From: Curvularia clavata
Taxonomy: Eukaryota
Direction of reading: 5' to 3'
Length of the DNA: 64,000 nucleotides
NCBI GenBank assembly: GCA_023920165.1
Contig: CP089280.1
Span: 496,001-560,000, forward strand
The notes below the pieces were generated by a model. That model saw only the letters and a list, made by a program, of their open reading frames with translations, made no database searches and had not been told where the DNA came from. This document shows positions 1 to 13,033 of the stretch, one piece after another. Both the position numbers and the translations under genes were made by a program. How positions within the stretch are numbered: the stretch's first letter is position 1; every line of letters begins with the position of its first letter.

Positions 1-712
1 GCTAAAATCTATAAAGCTAGAAACGTTCTAGACTGGTTTAGGCGCCATCACATCAAGATTTTTGAACATCCAGCGTATAGTCCGGATTTAAATCCAATAG
101 AAAACGTATGGAGCTTGCTTAAAAATCAGCTTACTAAGCTGCCAGCTAGTAGTCTTGGCACGGGTAATAACCAGCAAAGTATTAATACTTTTATTAATAC
201 TATATTAGAAGAGTGGCATGAAATACCGCAAAAAGATATAGATAACTGTATTTTATCTATGCCAAAACGCTATAATAGAGTAGTAGAAGCTAAGGGCTGG
301 TATACTAAATATTAGATAGTAATTTACAGTTATTATCTAATATAGATACTAAAATATAACTTATGTATGTATCTAATAGTTATGATAGATAACTATAGCT
401 ATATAAAATATATACTATATATATATATATATGGTTATAATATATATATGTATATACTAAAAGCAATAAATACTTAAAGATTTAAGCGCGAAAAAACAGT
501 TTTTATTTTGCTTTTGTTCTTCACTCTACTTTGACAATTTACTGTATTTTATATATGCTGACTAAGCTCAATTTAAAATACTAAATCATCATAACTAGCT
601 AAAATCTATACAAAATAGCAACTTTTATATCTTTAGCTAATTTATTGGCCGAGTTATACTAATTCTAAAACTACTACCTTTATTAGTACTTTTTTTTCGT
701 GAACCCCCACTA
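1..712 (+). mobile_element. Tc1-like transposon subfamily B, 3' part (cut by window start)
   Basis: Last exon with HPAYSPDLNPIENVW...GWYTKY* (stop at 315), near-identical to exon 3 of the 39360 element; right TIR ends gaacccccacta followed by TA. Confidence 0.9.
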
Positions 713-714
713 TA

Positions 715-1600
715 GTTATATAACTATCTTAGTACTATTTATATATCTATATTCTTGTAATTTATATAGTTTTTTAATAGGATTCTTCTTTATATATATA
801 GATATATAAGATTATTTTTTATTTCTAGACTTATTTTGGTCTAGTAGTCTACTAAAATCTTTCTATCTATTTAGTGGAATCTCCTTTTTTACTTTCTATT
901 ACTATTTCTGTTATACCTTTTTCTTTACTTAGCTATTTTAGCTATTTAGGCTAGGTCTAGCTAGTTCTAATTTAGACTACTATTAGCTATTTTTTTAAAT
1001 ACTATATGATATAGCTTTTTATAGCTCTTTTTATATAAATTAGAGTTTTAGCTTTGAATATCTATAACCTTATTAAGTAATTCTACATACAATAGGATTT
1101 TAAAGTTAAACTAAATTGATATTCAAGTATATTAACTCATTCTTAATTAAGTTTCTTTATTATTATAAAACGAATTTCAATCTAGTAATTAGTAAAGATT
1201 TTGATCATATATAGAAGTTCAAATAAATATATTTTCTATTATTCAAAAGTATTTACTACTCTAAGCAGTTTCTTATTATAGATATTATAGTTTAAATCTA
1301 TTTAATTAAACTTTGATAATTAATAAAAATACTAATTTTAATTATCTATCTAGATACAACTATAAAACTATAGCTCTAGGTATATAGGTAGATATATTAG
1401 TGTTAAGTTTAGTTAGCTATTAAGAAATATAAATTTCTAGTACTAGCACTTCTAGCAAAATTTGTTTAAACTTATTAAAAGCTTTTTATCATTTCCAGTT
1501 TTGTTTAAAATTTACTGTTTTTTTAAATTTCTATAAAAGATATTATAATCTATAAATAACTTTTTATGAACTTCTAGTGATAGTTTATTTATTTACTGAT
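715..1600 (-). pseudogene. Heavily decayed Gypsy pol (RNase H/integrase-like) relic
   Basis: TpA-rich sequence with faint remnants resembling RNase H/integrase coding motifs; no ORF. Confidence 0.35.
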
Positions 1601-2828
1601 ATTTTTACTCCTATACGTGGCTCCTCTATAGCGATTGGCCGAAAATACATATTATATAAACGAGCAGTAGACTTTCTTTTAGTCTACAAAAAATCAAAAA
1701 GTTAAAATAAAGAATGCTATCTTAATAGAGATTTAAATCTGAGATCTCAGACTCGAGATCTTAAGTACTAAATATTTTAGATACTAAAGTTTTATAACTT
1801 ATATTCTGAGAATTTACATAATACTAGTTAAAATCAAACTAAATTATAGAATAATAATAACTACTCTATGAGACGTCTAATAATATATAGTAAAATGTAA
1901 AAGAAAGTTGTAGTTGGATACAAATATAACTTTCTTAATTAACTAAAATAGCTTATTAGGAGGCAAGTAATAGATATAAAATATCTAATGAATAATCAAA
2001 ATATAGGTAGTAAATAGATATAGACAGCCAGCGTCTTTTATAGATAGCTGATAGAGATAGACGCTACATCTATCTCCTATCTTGATTAAAAATCAACTAC
2101 TAGACTAGAGTAACATTAGATTAGTTTTTTGTCTTTTCAATAATTTAAAAGATTTTATTACAAACTAAAATCTTTATGATATAGTTTACTTAGCAATTTA
2201 ATACTAAAATTGAAAATAATAACGTTTTATTTATAGATCAGAAAGTAAGAAAATACTAGAAATATAGAGCAGTTAATAGCTAAGTTAAAATTAGAACTAT
2301 TAGAATAAGATAAACTATTTTATGGTTTTTATAATTTATATAATTTTATAATATAATTATTATATGATGATCTATGTATCTCTTCAATCATTAAATTATA
2401 TTATATTTATTTTTCATTAACTATTACTAGATTAATATACCAGTCATCTAATTATAACATATCTAATAGGATTAATATTCATTATAGATAGTATCTAATA
2501 GACTAAATTTACTCTAAATAATAGCTGAATATATATGTTATCTAAGCTCTGAAACGGTCCATTTATATATCCTTACCTATATATTTCATATTTAAAAAAG
2601 TAATATTATTTATAGAGCTTCGAGTTACTATTATAAACCTAGAATATATTAGTTATTGTAACTAATATTTAACGCATTTAGAGGTTAAAAATCTAAATAC
2701 AAATATTTACATATTTTATATAAATATATATTTATTCTAGATTAACTAGATTTACTCTACTAGTAAAGTCTTGAAATTTTTTAATACTAGTTGGTTTTGT
2801 TAAAATATTAGCTAGTATTATTTTAGTA

Positions 2829-2950
2829 CAGTTGGGGGACACAGAAAAAAAAAGAACTTAAAAAAATAGTAGTTTTAGGATTACTATAGCTCAGCTAATA
2901 AAATAGCTAAAAATAAAAAAGATACTATTTTATATAGAGATTTGTCTATA
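2829..2950 (+). repeat. Isolated Tc1-B terminal inverted repeat fragment
   Basis: cagttgggggacacagaaaaaaaagaac... matches the TIR at 39360. Confidence 0.75.
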
Positions 2951-2952
2951 GT

Positions 2953-3395
2953 ATTACAAACCTAACAGAGAGGACAGCGCAAGATATAGAAAGAAGGCAG
3001 AATAAAGCCTATATCAAAACCTCTTTAAAAGAGTAGAACCTATCTAGCTAATAACGTATAAACAATTATATATCTTATAAGCTTAGTAGAATACTACTAT
3101 AGAATATATTATATATATTCTATAGATTTTATATCATCTTATAACATTTTACGTATAAGATATAAACAATACTATAGAATAGTATAGAATATAGAATATT
3201 TTTCTAATATATAGTAATAAGTTTTAAATCCCTATAGCTTGATATATTTATTCTAAGTTATAAATATAAGTATAATATATAAGTCACTCATTAAACTATT
3301 TATAATATACTATTTTTTTATCTATAAAATCTAATCTAAGAAGATTTTAATATTAGAAGTTTTATATTGCTTCTATTTAAAGTTCTACTTCTAAT
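2953..3395 (+). mobile_element. Decayed solo LTR related to Gypsy family 2
   Basis: Starts tattacaaacct; 3' part aagaagattttaatattagaagttttatattgcttct resembles the end of the LTR at 7618-8042. Confidence 0.6.
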
Positions 3396-3544
3396 ACTTT
3401 AAATACTCTTATAATTAGTAATATTACTAAAAATATTTCTAATACTTTCTAGACTAAACAATCTACTATTGATAGCTATCAGTCTAACTTATAGTATAAA
3501 GAATATAAAAAGCTTAAAGCTTAGCTTCTCTGAGTTGACTAATA

Positions 3545-3780
3545 ACGTCAAAGATCAGTAAGCTGCGCGGATCAGTAAGCTGCGCACCCCACCTAACCTG
3601 ACGCGACTCTCCACACAATCACTACAATGCCGCGACAACAACGTTTTATATAGACTTCACGTGAAGGTAGACTCTATCTTGCTATAGTTTTATATTAAAA
3701 TAACTAAAAATAATTTTTCTATGTACTTACAGTAGTATACGATATGCTAGAATCAACGCTACGAACGCGTCTCTATAGTA
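3545..3780 (+). mobile_element. Fot1/Pot2-like family A, 5' end (rest lies inverted at ~8820-10129)
   Basis: TA then TIR acgtcaaagatcagtaagctgcgcgg as at 60150; transposase start atgccgcgacaa. Confidence 0.9.
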
Positions 3781-5214
3781 ACGTGCGCCACCAGTGAGCT
3801 GGCCACACCAGTGAGCTGGCCGCCCCACCAAACCTGACCTGCCGCGACACACAATAGATCCATAATAACGTAATAAAATTAGATAGAATATAGAAGTAAC
3901 ATTCACTATCTAGTTTTATAGATAGTCTAAATATATCCTTAAACGTGGCACTTCGTGCACGTTAGCGGCGCGCGTTAACATCGCTGACTGCCCTCACTCT
4001 GCCCAACCTCCGCGACCACCCTTTCTACCTCTATAGCAAGCTGCTAAGCCTACTACACCTAAAGAACTCTACCAAAAGCAATATATTGACGCCGCTAATC
4101 TTACTTCTATCTTAGCCGCTCACTACCTCAACGTAGCTTCTTATTTTCTTTAGCAAGTATTGTTGCTAATTATATTACAATCTAATAGCCTTTAATAACT
4201 TAATAGAGAAGTTAGCTTATTAGACTCTAAGATTCCTAATAAAGCCTATCTTAAAAATATTTTACTTGCTACTAAAGCTAAGCTACTATATAGGGCGTCT
4301 CTACTTACTAGACGCTATTAGTAGTCTTACTATCTACAATTATCTGTAGTGGAGATGGCGTCCGGATAATAGTTAGTAATAAGAGAACACGATCTAGACA
4401 AAAAGAAATAAAACCTGTCGCCTAGAAGCCTACCTAAATATTCTACTACGTAAATATTATTAATCAGATCTACGTATAGGCTATAAGAAAGTCTATCTTA
4501 TTAATATAGTAGACGTCTTAATGGGCGAGCTTATCAACCTTATATCTATACGCGCGCTTAAGAGGAGAGTAGCAGCCTACGTCTAGAGGCTAGAGAAGAT
4601 AGAAGATATAAAATAGCATGCAGAGGGTAATAATCTTATTCTCGGCGCAGTATTAGTCGAACTCTAGCGTAGTATGGCTACTATAGCCGTCTATAATAAA
4701 AAGCTGATAGTCTCTAGCTATACAAGCAGCTGTATATTAGTTGAAGTGCTTCACCCACTCTATACCGAGCTCATCTATCGTCCAGCCGTTATCTAAGACG
4801 CCAACAGTCTAGTCAAGTAGGAGATCGCGATACTAGATGTTCTAATAGACTTTACCAGACAGAATTACTAAAAGTAGTAGAGACTAACTAAACGCGTTAA
4901 CGCACTTAATTGCTATAACCTACTCGCGATTACCTAGCTCTATAACAGCTAGCCGTCCAATTCTTTTAGAGCTTATAACTACTTTTAACGATACAGCAAC
5001 GTCTATTATAAATTTAGTCTTATTAAAGTTATAGATATCTTAATTAAGAACGCTATACGTCTAGCGTATCTCCTCTACTAGCTTAAACTACACTATAATT
5101 ACTCTAGGATTTTTATAGTAGGCGCGCTAGCTATTAAGTTTTCTACTCTACTTTATCTAAAGCTTAGGCTAGCTCTGGATAAAGCGCAATACCTAGTTCT
5201 TACCAACTAGCTAT
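3781..5214 (-). mobile_element. Fot1/Pot2-like family B, 3' part with RIP-decayed transposase
   Basis: TIR acgtgcgccaccagtgagctggcc after TA; minus-strand homology to the transposase at 60232-61866. Confidence 0.88.
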
Positions 5215-6160
5215 TGTAACCATGCATAGACCAAAACATACCCCAGCCAGGGCAGCTTATCAAGATCCGATTGAGAGCCGGGTCAGACCTAATGAAGACC
5301 CGCACCTAGGTATAAGTACTAGGTACCTTCTATAAATATTCGGTAGATTTTTAATATCCTTTTATACTAGGCCTATAAGTATCTACTAAATCTAAAGTAT
5401 TTCTACTATCCTACGCACTTCTATATACATTTAAGTGACACTTTCTACTAGAACTAATTCGACTAGTCTTACTTACACTATTATATTATATTAAAAATCT
5501 CGTTCTAGCTAATAACAGCCTTTAAAATAATATCGTAGCTTATTTATTAAGACTACGTCTAAGCTTAAGTCTCTCTAGAACCACTCTAAATACTTTATAC
5601 TATTACATTCTATATTTATATACAGGCGGGATCCCTTCGATCTCCTACTAACCAAAGCTTTTAGATTTAGATCTCCTATACTAATTATAGTTAGATTAAT
5701 TTTAGAGAAATCGCGTAGATTACGCTAAAGTAGAGACTTAGAGACTACTAAAAATCTATTAGCTATAAAGATAACTATTAATAGCTAACCTAACCTTATC
5801 TAGCTTAGAAGAGCTTTCTAGAAAATCGCCGCGCTTCTAAAATTTAAAGTTAAGAGAGAAGACGCCTAGCAAACCGCCAGCCGTCGAAAAGGAAGAGAAT
5901 TTAGAAGAGAATAAGACTAGCCTCTTTTAGGCAGAGATTAATAGGCTAAATAAATAAATCGCACGGCTATCCTACTAAAACACTATAGCTCTAGATTAAT
6001 CTCTCCTCTCTACTAAATTACTACTAACTATTACTAAACTAACTAAAACTTAATTTAGAAGGTACTAGTTAGTAACTCTAGACCTACTATATATTAAACT
6101 TATAGAACGTACCTCTTCTATTAATAATTTTAGTAATAGAATAGAATCTATATTCTACTA
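5215..6160 (+). mobile_element. Old RIP-decayed Gypsy-1 copy: 5' LTR (5215-5485), leader and start of gag
   Basis: Reverse complement of the intact element ~18530-19473 with C>T/G>A changes; preceded by GCTAT. Confidence 0.93.
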
Positions 6161-6617
6161 CAGTGGGGTGACACGAAAAAAGATCACAAGGAAAAATAGC
6201 ATTTTTCACTAGGCTATATCTTAGCTAATGAAATAGCTAAAAATATAAAAGCTTGAGATTTGTATAGAAAATTACCAGCTCTTCTAGTCTATAATCTAAA
6301 AAGAAGCTCAGTAAGTATATAGCTCTTAGAAAGAAATGCTGAACTAGAGAGAAAAAAAAACGTCAACTTTGCACGTATTTTTCGCGCTGATATTTGTTAT
6401 TTTATATAGCTATCTATATATAGATATATACTATTAGTATTTATATATAATATATATAGTTTTAAGCTATAGTTGTCTATCTAGTTAAATAGCTATATGA
6501 GATTTGAAATTTTGGCACTAGCTTACATAAGCACTAGCTTAGTCAGCTATTAGTAATCAACTAGTATATAACTATAGCTTTTCATTTCTAGCAACTTAAA
6601 ACTGTATTCCCCACACA

Positions 6618-8321
6618 ATGGAGCCACAACTGTCGAATTTCGAACGCCAAATCAAAGCGTTTTTAGACGCTAATACACCTATAAAAAATATAATAAATTA
6701 CTTTCAAAAAAATCCACGGTCTATATATAACGCTATAGCTCGAATAAAACGAAAATATAAAGCTATTAGTGAGCCAAAAAGAGCTAGTTTAGGCGGAATT
6801 TCTAAGACAACTTCTAGAGCAATAAGAGCTCTAAATAGAGATATACTACGCAGTCCAAAAAAACCAAAAAATAGATTATTAAACGAAAATAATCTAGAAA
6901 TATCTAGTAGAACTCTTCAAAGAGTTTTAAAAGCAGAGGGCTGGACTATAACAACTAGTCAAAAAAAGCCAATTTTAAACGAGAAAAAAGCTAAAAAACG
7001 GCTACTCTACGCTAAAAATAAGCTTAAAAAGCTTAGTAATATTAACTTTGAAAAAGTTATATTTTCTGACGAGTCTGGAATCCAGCGTGGATATGGATCT
7101 CGAGCCGAATTTTCTCGAAATAGGCCAAAATACCACCAAAATCCAAAAATATACTCTACTAAAAATACAAGTACGTTTAAAAATATTTCTAATTGGCTAA
7201 AATATAGTTATATATATATATAACTATATATATATATTATATTTTATATATCTAGCTGACTAAGCCAATTTTTAGCCCAAGATATAACTATCCAAGTTTG
7301 GGGAGCTATTTGGATAGGTGGCAGATCCAATCTAGTGGTTATTAAGACGCCAAATAGCGTAGTTAAACATCGAAATCACCACTATATTAGAAAATGTCTA
7401 ATACCATATATAAAACCGAATATAAAACGCGGTAGGTTTTACCATATATTTTTACTTATATATAATTATATATATATAGTTATATATATATATTTACTTA
7501 TATATATATATTTCTAACTAGTATATAATACTTACTAATATATAGCTATCTAGGGTGGAAATTCTAATAGAATAACGTAATGATCTATAAAGCTAGAAAC
7601 GTTTTAGACTAGTTTAATATTACGAACCTAGGAGGAAGAGACACGGCGGTTAAGTTAAAAAGCATCGACGACCAGTCGACCCAGCCATATATAACGCGGG
7701 GGCACGCATTATATAACCTCTTTAGTAGCGCATATCTAAAGAAGGGTCTTAGTAGACTTCTCGTATATAAGCTATAGAGGAATGCTCCTCGTATATAAAC
7801 CACTAAGGGTTACTCGGACTCTTCTAACTAAGAGTTGCGAACACCACAAGTATATAGAAATAAATATTAAGCTCTTATAGCTCGATATATTTAACTTAAA
7901 TTACGAGTACAGTACCTATAATATAATAGTTACTACAGACTCTATTCATAACACACTATTACTTCATCCGCGAAAACCAACCTAAGAAGGTCTTGACACC
8001 AGAAGTCTTATATTACTTCCACTCGAGATCATACTCTTAACATTTAAGCGCCATAAAATTACACTTTTTAACTATCTAGTGTATAGCCTAGATCGAAATC
8101 TAATAGAAAACGTATAGAGCTTGCTTAAAAATCGGCTTACTAAGCTGCCAAGCTCTAGTCTTGGCACTGGCGCTAGTGAGACTAGTATAAATACGTTTAT
8201 TACAGCTATTCACCAAGAGTGGCATAAAATACCACAAAAAGACATAGATAGCTGTATTTTATCTATGCCCAAACGCTATAATAGAGTAGTGGAAGCTAAG
8301 GGCTGGTATACAAAATATTAG
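6618..8321 (+). pseudogene. DD34E Tc1-like transposase; exons 6618-7170, 7276-7431, 7554-8321; exon 3 disrupted
   Basis: FSDESG motif; GT..AG introns at the same positions as in the intact copy; solo LTR and stop codons in exon 3. Confidence 0.9.
7618..8042 (+). mobile_element. Solo LTR of Gypsy family 2
   Basis: 425 bp; TSD TTTAA at 7613-7617 and 8043-8047; reverse complement of LTRs 41018-41443 and 47684-48109. Confidence 0.95.
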
Positions 8322-8819
8322 ATAGTAATTTACTATTATTATCTTATATATTTACTAAAATATAAGTTATAAATATATCTTCTAATTTAGATAAATAACT
8401 ATAGCTATACAAAATATATATTATATATATATACTAATAGTATATATCTATATATAGATAGCTATATAAATTGCAAGATCTCAGCGCGAAAAATACGTGT
8501 AAAGTTGACGTTTTTTTTTCTCACTAGTTTAGCTTTGTTTTATAAGAGCTATTTACTTACTAAACTTTTTTTTAGATTATAGACTAGAAGAGCTGGTAAT
8601 TCTCTATATAAAGATTAAACTTTCTTATTATTAGTTATTATATAAGCTGAGATATAGCTATTTGAAATTAGCTATTTTTTCTTGTACTCTTTCTTTTTGT
8701 CACCCCACTGTAATATATTAAATAGAAGTCATAAACGTAACTAGTCTAGTAGATCTATTTATACTTATAGTTATTTATATAGTATTAATAAAAACTAAGT
8801 TAGTACCAATTATTATACA

Positions 8820-10129
8820 TAATATATTAATACTATCTATTCTACTTTTATTTTTAATATTAGTTAGCTATACGTAGCTTCTTATTTTCTTTTATAAGTA
8901 TTATTACCAATTATATTATAAGCTAAGCGCTTTTTATAAGCTAGTGTATAGCGACGCTTATTAGGCTATCTAACTACTAGTATTACTAGCGTAGCTACTT
9001 TTAGAGATAGAGTATCTACTACTAAAGCTGCTCTACTATATGCGGCGTTTCTATCTATATTATAGTAGTACTGCCTACGTCTATCTATAGTAGAGATGGC
9101 GTTTAGATAACTATTAGTAATAATAAAATATACTCTAGATAGAGAGGGATAAGATCCATTGTTTAGAAGTCTACTTAGATATTCTATTATATAAAAACTA
9201 TCTATTAGATCTATATATATACTATAAAAAAGTTAATCTTATTAATATAGTAGATATCTTATTAAGCGAGTTTTTTAATTTTATAACCGTATACGCGTTT
9301 AAGTGGGGAAAAACAGCCTATATTAAGTAGTTAGAGTAGTTATCATATATATGGCGGTATATAGAGAGTAATAATCTTGTTACTAGCGTAGTACTCGTCG
9401 AACTCTAGCGTGATATAGCTACTATAGCTGTTAAAGATAAGAAGCTAATAAACTCTAGCTATTTAAACTGTTATATAATAATTAAAGTGCTTTATCTACT
9501 TTATACTAAGCTTATCTATTATCCAGCTATTATCTAATATACTAATAGTCTAGTTAAGCAGAAGCTTATTATACTAGCTAGTCTAGTAGACTTTACTAGA
9601 TAGAATTATATATAGTAGGATAGACTAGCTAGATATATTGATATACTTAATAGCTATAACCTACTCGCGATTATCTAGCTGTATAATAACTACTTTACTA
9701 ACTGTATTAGAGCTAGTAACTACTTTTAATGTTATAATAACGCCTATTATAAATCTAGTCTTATTAAAGTTATAGATATTCTAGTTAAGAATACTATATA
9801 TTTAGCGCGTCTCTTCTATTAGCTTAAACTAGGCTATAATTATAATAGAATCTTTATAGAAAGTATACTAACTATATAATTTTCTAGTCTATTTTATCTA
9901 AAGCTCTATCTAGCTTTAGATAAAGCGTGATATTAACTTCTTACTAATAGGTTATAGAGGTAGATTTTAACTATATATAGTAAGTAGAGCGTCTACTATC
10001 TATTATACGTTAATAATATAGGGTAGGAAACTATACTAATTAAGAGCTAGAATCTATTTTATAAGAGACTGCTCTTTAATTAGTAATAGCTTATAGTTAA
10101 TAAAGACTATCTCTACTTAAAGCTAGATA
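8820..10129 (-). mobile_element. Fot1/Pot2-like family A, inverted continuation of 3545-3780
   Basis: Reverse complement aligns with 60379-61692 and resumes at the TA where 3780 stops. Confidence 0.85.
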
Positions 10130-10525
10130 ACGTGCGCCACCAGTGAGCTGGCCGCCCCACCAAACCTGACCCAACTCTCTCCACAACCACCACAATGCCG
10201 CGACAACCACGCGCTCAATTAACTTCTCGTAAAGATAGAACTAGTCTTGCTATAGCTTCTTATTATAATAATCTAAATTAATCTATCTACGCTCTCGCAA
10301 AAGTGTACGATATGCTAAAATTAACTCTTTAGATATGCCTCTGTGGTGTCCAGCCGCGATTAGAGACAGCCTCTACTAAATGAAAGCTATCGTCTATTAA
10401 AGAGCAGTCTCTCGTATAGTAGATTCTAAAGCTAGATAAACGAGGCTTTCCGCCTTATATTATCGACGTGCGACGAATAGCAGACGTTCTGCTTGCCGCG
10501 CGTGGCTAAAATCCACCTCTATAGC
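10130..10525 (+). mobile_element. Fot1/Pot2-like family B, 5' end
   Basis: TA then TIR acgtgcgccaccagtgagctggccgcccc; transposase start atgccgcgacaacc; ends at ATAGC. Confidence 0.9.
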
Positions 10526-12277
10526 TGTAACGGCGCGAGCAAGACTAGTCGAATCGGTTCCGGTGGGAAGTGTCACTCAAATGCATATGGAAGTGCGTGG
10601 GACAGTAGAAACACCTTAAATTCGGTAGACACTCATAGGCCTGGTACGAAAGGATATTAAAAATCTACCAAACATCTATAGAAGGTACCTAGTACTTATA
10701 TCTAGATGCAGGTCTTCATTAGGTCTAACCCAGCTCTTAATCAGATCTTAATAAGCTGCCCTAGCTAGGGTATATTTTAGTCTATATATAGTTATATTAC
10801 CCCCCCTTCTGGTAGACAGCTAGTCCTACAGCTATCTATTCTAGTTGTTATTCTTCTTCTCTGCACTATAGGGTCTCTCGTTCCTAATTTCTCCTAGATT
10901 TTCCCTACACTGCGCTACTCTAGATAATAGGATGCTCTAGTTCTAGTATAGCTCCCGTAGCCGTGCATATCCTTTACTTAAGCCTCTATACCTAAGCCTT
11001 AGTAACTATTCTAGTACTCACGTGGCGCTGCTACCTTACTATCTAGCCGCTAGGCTGTTTGCCTTCACCTACTAGATAGGCCTAGACGCTTTAATTAGAG
11101 CTCTAAGTCGCCGGCGATTTATTTATAGTTAGGGTCTAACAGCTATCTAGATTATATATACTAAGATTATTTACTCCTCTAGTATATATATTAATAATAA
11201 TATAGTATCGCCGCCGAGTTTTCTCCTCTACGCTTCTTAATCAAAATAAGTTAGTTATAACTTAACGCACTCGTTTTCGCTATGCCTCTTTGTTGTCCGC
11301 CTGGTGCGCTACTAGATGCGTATCGCTTTATCTGTCTGCGAGCTGTCCGCGCCTTAGCGCGCTGTTAGTTCAACATTACTTACGCCTACCCGTCTGATTT
11401 CTCTAAGAAGTGTCTTTATTATATCTAGTAGAAGAAGAAGTGCGATTCTATAAGTTTGTTTCTCTTTTCCTTTACTATTTATAGCTTAGCTAACCTAGAT
11501 AGATTTCTAAGTACGTCTTTAAGGAGTTTTACAATTTAATTAATACTATCGAGTTATATACTATTGCTTGGTATAGCCCTATAGTTAATACTAATATAGA
11601 AGTATTACTTAATTAAATTGCTGCCGCTACTTTAGATATCGCCTGTAAGGTCTAAGTTATTAAATTCTAGAAGAAGGAGCTTTTAGTTAATTAGCTTCTT
11701 ATCGTCTAGAACTAGGTCCTAAGAGACATCTAAGACAGCATTTTGGAGTTAGTTGATATAGTTAATAGCATAGAAAGACGCCTTTCGCGTCTTAAGGCTA
11801 GGTCGGCTTAAGATAGCGCCTGGGTCAGCCCTTAGGTTAAGAAGTCAGAGGAATAGTCTAGTTTATCCTCCTTCTTAGAGAAGGATAAGGGTGCGGTTAA
11901 CTAGAAAATAGCCAACGCTAAGCTAGAGCGCTCTAATATTAAGCTTTAAGTAAGATAATATTTAGAGGGTTTACTAGTAGTTATAGAGTTTAAATCTAAG
12001 TTTTCTTTATTACTAATACCTAATAAAGTTTCTATTTTTCCTTTTCTCTAAATTTTATTATTCTATAGTAAAATTATATCCTCTATATCTTATTTCTATA
12101 CTATAATCTACTTACTAAGAGAACGTAGGGGTCCTAGTTTAGTAGAATATTATTTATAGAAGAGTTTAAGCTTGTATAGGGCTCTTATAAAGTTTAAGAC
12201 TAGATACTAGATAGAATCTAGGTTATGTCCAACCTACTATACTTAGTATTTTAGATTTGAGTAGTATAACTTACTTA
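10526..12277 (-). mobile_element. Old RIP-decayed Gypsy-1 copy: 3' LTR (10526-10796), accessory-gene relic (~11282-11949, + strand) and end of pol
   Basis: Colinear with intact 12278-14029 but with dense C>T/G>A changes. Confidence 0.95.
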
Positions 12278-12548
12278 TGTAACGGCGCGAGCAAGACTAG
12301 TCGAATCGGTTCCGGTGGGAAGTGTCACTCAAATGCATATGGAAGTGCGTGGGACAGCAGAAACACCTTGGATTCGGTAGACACTCATAGGCCTGGTACG
12401 AAAGGATATCAAAAATCTACCGAACATCTATGGAAGGTACCTGGTACTTATACCTGGGTGCGGGTCTTCATCGGGTCTGACCCGGCTCTCAATCGGATCT
12501 TGATAAGCTGCCCTGGCTGGGGTATGTTTTGGTCTATGCATGGTTACA
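12278..12548 (-). repeat. Gypsy-1 3' LTR (271 bp)
   Basis: tgtaac...gttaca termini; adjacent to the PPT. Confidence 0.97.
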
Positions 12549-12562
12549 TTACCCCCCCTCCC
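12549..12562 (-). promoter_or_regulatory. Polypurine tract (second copy 19474-19487)
   Basis: Minus strand reads a G-rich purine run then TAA directly before the 3' LTR. Confidence 0.9.
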
Positions 12563-13033
12563 GGTAGACAGCTGGTCCCACAGCTGTCTGTTCCGGTTGT
12601 CATTCTTCTTCCCTGCACCATGGGGTCCCTCGTTCCTGATTTCCCCCAGATTTTCCCCACACTGCGCCACTTCGGGCAATAGGATGCTCCGGTTCCGGTG
12701 TGGCTCCCGTGGCCGTGCATGTCCTTCACTTGAGCCTCTGTGCCTGAGCCTCAGTGACCATTCCGGTACTCACGTGGCGCTGCTGCCTTGCTGCCTGGCC
12801 GCTAGGCCGTTTGCCTTCACCTGCCAGACAGGCCTGGACGCTTCGATCGGAGCTCCGAGTCGCCGGCGATTCGTTTGTAGTCAGGGTCCAACGGCTATCC
12901 AGGTCACGTGTGCCAAGACTGTTTGCTCCCCCAGTGTGTATATCAACAACAACACAGTGTCGCCGCCGAGTTTTCTCCTCCACGCTTCTCAATCAAAACA
13001 AGTCAATTACAACTCAACGCACTCGTTTTCGCT

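Larger units (their letters stand above)
6161..8710 (+). mobile_element. Tc1-like transposon subfamily A, interrupted by a solo LTR
   Basis: TA-cagtggggtgac...caccccactg-TA; long imperfect TIRs. Confidence 0.95.
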
